A DNA stretch of 64,000 bases from contig JBJONF010000001.1 in assembly GCA_046051985.1 (NCBI GenBank), positions 42,294-106,293 of the forward strand. The letters run 5' to 3'. Position numbers and translations under genes: made by a program. Below, in pieces: positions 61,385-64,000 of the stretch (the stretch's first letter is position 1; each line of letters begins with the position of its first letter). Source of the DNA: Actinomycetota bacterium (lineage in GTDB: Bacteria > Actinomycetota > Actinomycetes > Nanopelagicales > Nanopelagicaceae). Below the pieces are notes generated by a model. It was given only the letters and a program-made list of their open reading frames with translations. It searched no databases and had not been told where the DNA came from.

Positions 61385-62575
61385 ATGAATCGTCGCATTG
61401 CACCTCAGCGCGACTTTTTGCATCGCGAATCAACAGGTGGCTTGCTCATTCTGGCGGCTTCAGCTTTAGGTTTAATCACCGCCAATTCGCCACTTTCTGA
61501 CAATTACTTTTCAGCCCTGGATCTTCGTCTATCAATTGGTTCAGATTGGTTTTTAATCGATCTGACTATCCTTAAAGTTATCAACTATCTTTTAATGAGC
61601 ATTTTCTTTTTTGTTGTTGGCTTAGAGATTAAGCGCGAATTGACTTCCGGTCACCTTGCATCCTTTAAGAAAGCAATGTTGCCTTTTGTGGCAGCAATCG
61701 GTGGAATGGCAGTTCCGGCGCTTATCTACTTAGCTATAGCAGGTGGAGTAGCACCTGGTGGTTGGGGAGTGCCAGTTGCAACAGACATCGCCCTTGCAGT
61801 TGGCTTACTCGCAATGCTTGGCCCATCGGTTGCCGCATCTTTGAGGTCATTCTTACTTGCACTTGCCGTAATTGATGACATTGGCGCGATCTTGATAATC
61901 GCATTTGTGTATTCAACAGGAATTAAGTTCTCATGGTTGGCAGCTGCTGCATTGGCTCTGGCGTTGATTGTGGTGCTAAAGAAGATGAGAGTCTCATACC
62001 TTTTCGTTTATTGCCTTGTTGCATTTACAGTGTGGTTTTCCTTGTACAAGACCGGAGTCCATCCAACTTTAGCTGGTGTAATTCTTGGGCTGATGACTCC
62101 CAATATTGTTCGAAAAGAATCTGGATTAGAGGATTCCGAAGATGGATCTATTTCAGTTATCGAATGGCTTGAGCATAAATTTCATCCAATCAGTACTTTT
62201 TTGGTCGTTCCAATTTTTGCTTTTGCTAATACTGGTGTTGTTATCACGAGCGAATCAATCAAGGGTGCTTCACAATCCCTAATCGCATGGGGAATTTTCT
62301 TTGGTTTGGTAATCGGAAAACCGCTCGGTGTTCTTCTCGCCTCGATTGCTGCCAAGCGTTCGAAATTGGCTGAATTCCCAGAAGGTGCAACAAACTCTTC
62401 AATTCTGGCCACAGGAAGTGCTGCGGGTATCGGATTTACAGTAGCTATTTTCATCGCGGATTTAGCTTTTGATGATGCCCGGACTCAAGACATTGCAGTT
62501 CTTGCGGTGATCTTCGCATCTGTAGTCAGCGCACTGCTTTCAATAGCATTATTCAAATTGCTTGCTCGAAAGTAA
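61385..62575 (+). CDS. nhaA: Na+/H+ antiporter
   Basis: FFFVVGLEIKRE, ATDIA, LAVIDD, GVHPT, GKPLG, GIGFT. Confidence 0.94.
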   Translation: MNRRIAPQRDFLHRESTGGLLILAASALGLITANSPLSDNYFSALDLRLSIGSDWFLIDLTILKVINYLLMSIFFFVVGLEIKRELTSGHLASFKKAMLPFVAAIGGMAVPALIYLAIAGGVAPGGWGVPVATDIALAVGLLAMLGPSVAASLRSFLLALAVIDDIGAILIIAFVYSTGIKFSWLAAAALALALIVVLKKMRVSYLFVYCLVAFTVWFSLYKTGVHPTLAGVILGLMTPNIVRKESGLEDSEDGSISVIEWLEHKFHPISTFLVVPIFAFANTGVVITSESIKGASQSLIAWGIFFGLVIGKPLGVLLASIAAKRSKLAEFPEGATNSSILATGSAAGIGFTVAIFIADLAFDDARTQDIAVLAVIFASVVSALLSIALFKLLARK

Positions 62576-62614
62576 AAACCAAAACCCGCCTTTCTTAGGG
62601 GCGGGTTTTGTTTT
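62575..62614. terminator. Bidirectional terminator between convergent nhaA and glnA
   Basis: caaaacccgcc / ggcgggttttg inverted repeat flanked by A and T runs. Confidence 0.88.
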
Positions 62615-62623
62615 AAATGACTT

Positions 62624-64000
62624 TTAGATGTCGTAATAGAGCTCGAACTCAGCTGGGTGTGGACGTAGTCGAACATAGTCAACTTCTTCCTTACGCTTGA
62701 ATGCGATCCAAGTATCAATTAGATCCTTGGCAAATACTCCGCCGCGAGTTAGGAAATCATGATCCTTCTCGAGGTTATTGAGAACTTCATCCAATGAACC
62801 AGGAACCTGAGGAATTGATGCAGCCTCTTCGCCTTCTAGTTCGTAGAGATCCTTATCAACTGGGGCAGGTGGTTCGATCTTGTTCATGATTCCATCAAGA
62901 CCAGCCATAAGCATCGCGGCGAATGCTAGATATGGGTTTGATGAAGGATCTGGACAACGGAACTCGATGCGCTTTGCCTTTGGATTGGATCCTGTAATTG
63001 GGATACGGATACATGCAGAGCGGTTACGTGCTGAGTACACAAGGTTTACTGGTGCTTCATAACCTGGAACTAAGCGACGGTATGAGTTAACAGTTGGGTT
63101 AGTGAAAGCAAGCAATGAAGGCGCGTGCTTTAGTAGTCCACCGATGTACCAACGCGCCATGTCGGAGAGATCGCCGTAGGTGCCTGCTTCGAAGAACAGT
63201 GGCTTTCCATCTTTCCATAGTGATTGGTGAACGTGCATACCTGAACCGTTATCGCCAAAGAGTGGCTTAGGCATAAATGTTGCGGTCTTTCCGCCCTGCC
63301 ATGCAGTGTTACGGATGACGTACTTGAATTTCATAACATCGTCACCAGCGGTAAGGATGTCGGTGAAGCGATAGTTGATCTCCATCTGGCCAGCAGTTCC
63401 CACTTCATGGTGTGAACGCTCTACAAGAAGTCCAACCTTTCCTAGCTGCATAACCATCTCATCGCGAAGATCTGCAAATTGATCCGTTGGCGACACAGGG
63501 AAGTAACCGCCCTTTACGCGTGTGCGGTAACCACGGTTAGGTGTTCCATCTGCATCATATTCAACACCTGTATTCCATGCGCCTTCGTAAGATTCAATCT
63601 CGTGAACTGCTGAGTTGATACCGGTCTTGAAGCGAACACTGTCAAAGACATAGAACTCGGCTTCAGGTGCAAAGAATGCTGTATCAGCGATACCCAATGA
63701 GCGCATGTAATCAACTGCGCGAGCTACAACACCACGAGGATCGCGGCTGTATGGAGTGTTATCTACTGGGTTATGAACCGAGAAAATGATGATGAGGGTT
63801 TTTTCTTTACGGTATGGATCGATGTATGCAGACTCTGGAACTGGTAGCAGTTTCATATCTGACTCATTGATTGTCTGGAAACCTCGAATTGAGGAACCAT
63901 CAAACATGAGGCCATCGGTAAATACAGCTTCATCAAATGATTCAACAGGAACGTTGAAGTGATGCTGGATACCAGGCAAATCTGTAAAGCGAACATCAAC
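62624..64000 (-). CDS. glnA: Glutamine synthetase type I (5' end outside window)
   Basis: [43 protein letters not shown] adenylylation region. Confidence 0.97.
   Translation of the reverse strand, partial: VDVRFTDLPGIQHHFNVPVESFDEAVFTDGLMFDGSSIRGFQTINESDMKLLPVPESAYIDPYRKEKTLIIIFSVHNPVDNTPYSRDPRGVVARAVDYMRSLGIADTAFFAPEAEFYVFDSVRFKTGINSAVHEIESYEGAWNTGVEYDADGTPNRGYRTRVKGGYFPVSPTDQFADLRDEMVMQLGKVGLLVERSHHEVGTAGQMEINYRFTDILTAGDDVMKFKYVIRNTAWQGGKTATFMPKPLFGDNGSGMHVHQSLWKDGKPLFFEAGTYGDLSDMARWYIGGLLKHAPSLLAFTNPTVNSYRRLVPGYEAPVNLVYSARNRSACIRIPITGSNPKAKRIEFRCPDPSSNPYLAFAAMLMAGLDGIMNKIEPPAPVDKDLYELEGEEAASIPQVPGSLDEVLNNLEKDHDFLTRGGVFAKDLIDTWIAFKRKEEVDYVRLRPHPAEFELYYDI

Overview
A gene-dense chromosomal segment from a streamlined, low-GC Actinobacterium. 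Gene order, very short intergenic spaces and moderate GC suggest the freshwater acI lineage, e.g. Ca. Planktophila (inference). Most of the window is core housekeeping in typical actinobacterial order: hup, gpsA, ddl, thiL, rpmB, recG, rsmD, coaD, rpmF, rnc, smc, ftsY, amtB-glnK-glnD, ffh, rpsP-khpA-rimM-trmD, miaB-miaA-dapF-hflX, dut, two trkA, acnA, dxs, fadB/fadA, rnd, NlpC/P60, PimB'-like, fadD, glk, padR-ino1, nhaA and glnA. I saw no rRNA, tRNA, CRISPR array, prophage or IS. Two real genes are missing from the ORF track: rpmF (9002-9175) and a 57-aa four-Cys protein (43568-43741). Best leads: (1) the same TTGTCAGTG-N8-(-10) PafBC/RecA-NDp-type DNA-damage promoter sits before both the 57-aa Cys protein and a stand-alone Cas4/RecB-like nuclease; (2) a two-state structured 5' leader, not matching a riboswitch class I recognise, before a uracil-type NCS2 permease; (3) a 157-aa histidine kinase with no sensor domain, coupled to an acyl-CoA ligase and a response regulator; (4) a LuxR-HTH protein with a CxH-x10-CxxH tail next to an uncharacterised membrane protein; (5) widespread leaderless promoters, several of which reuse the upstream gene's stop codon as the start of the -10 box.
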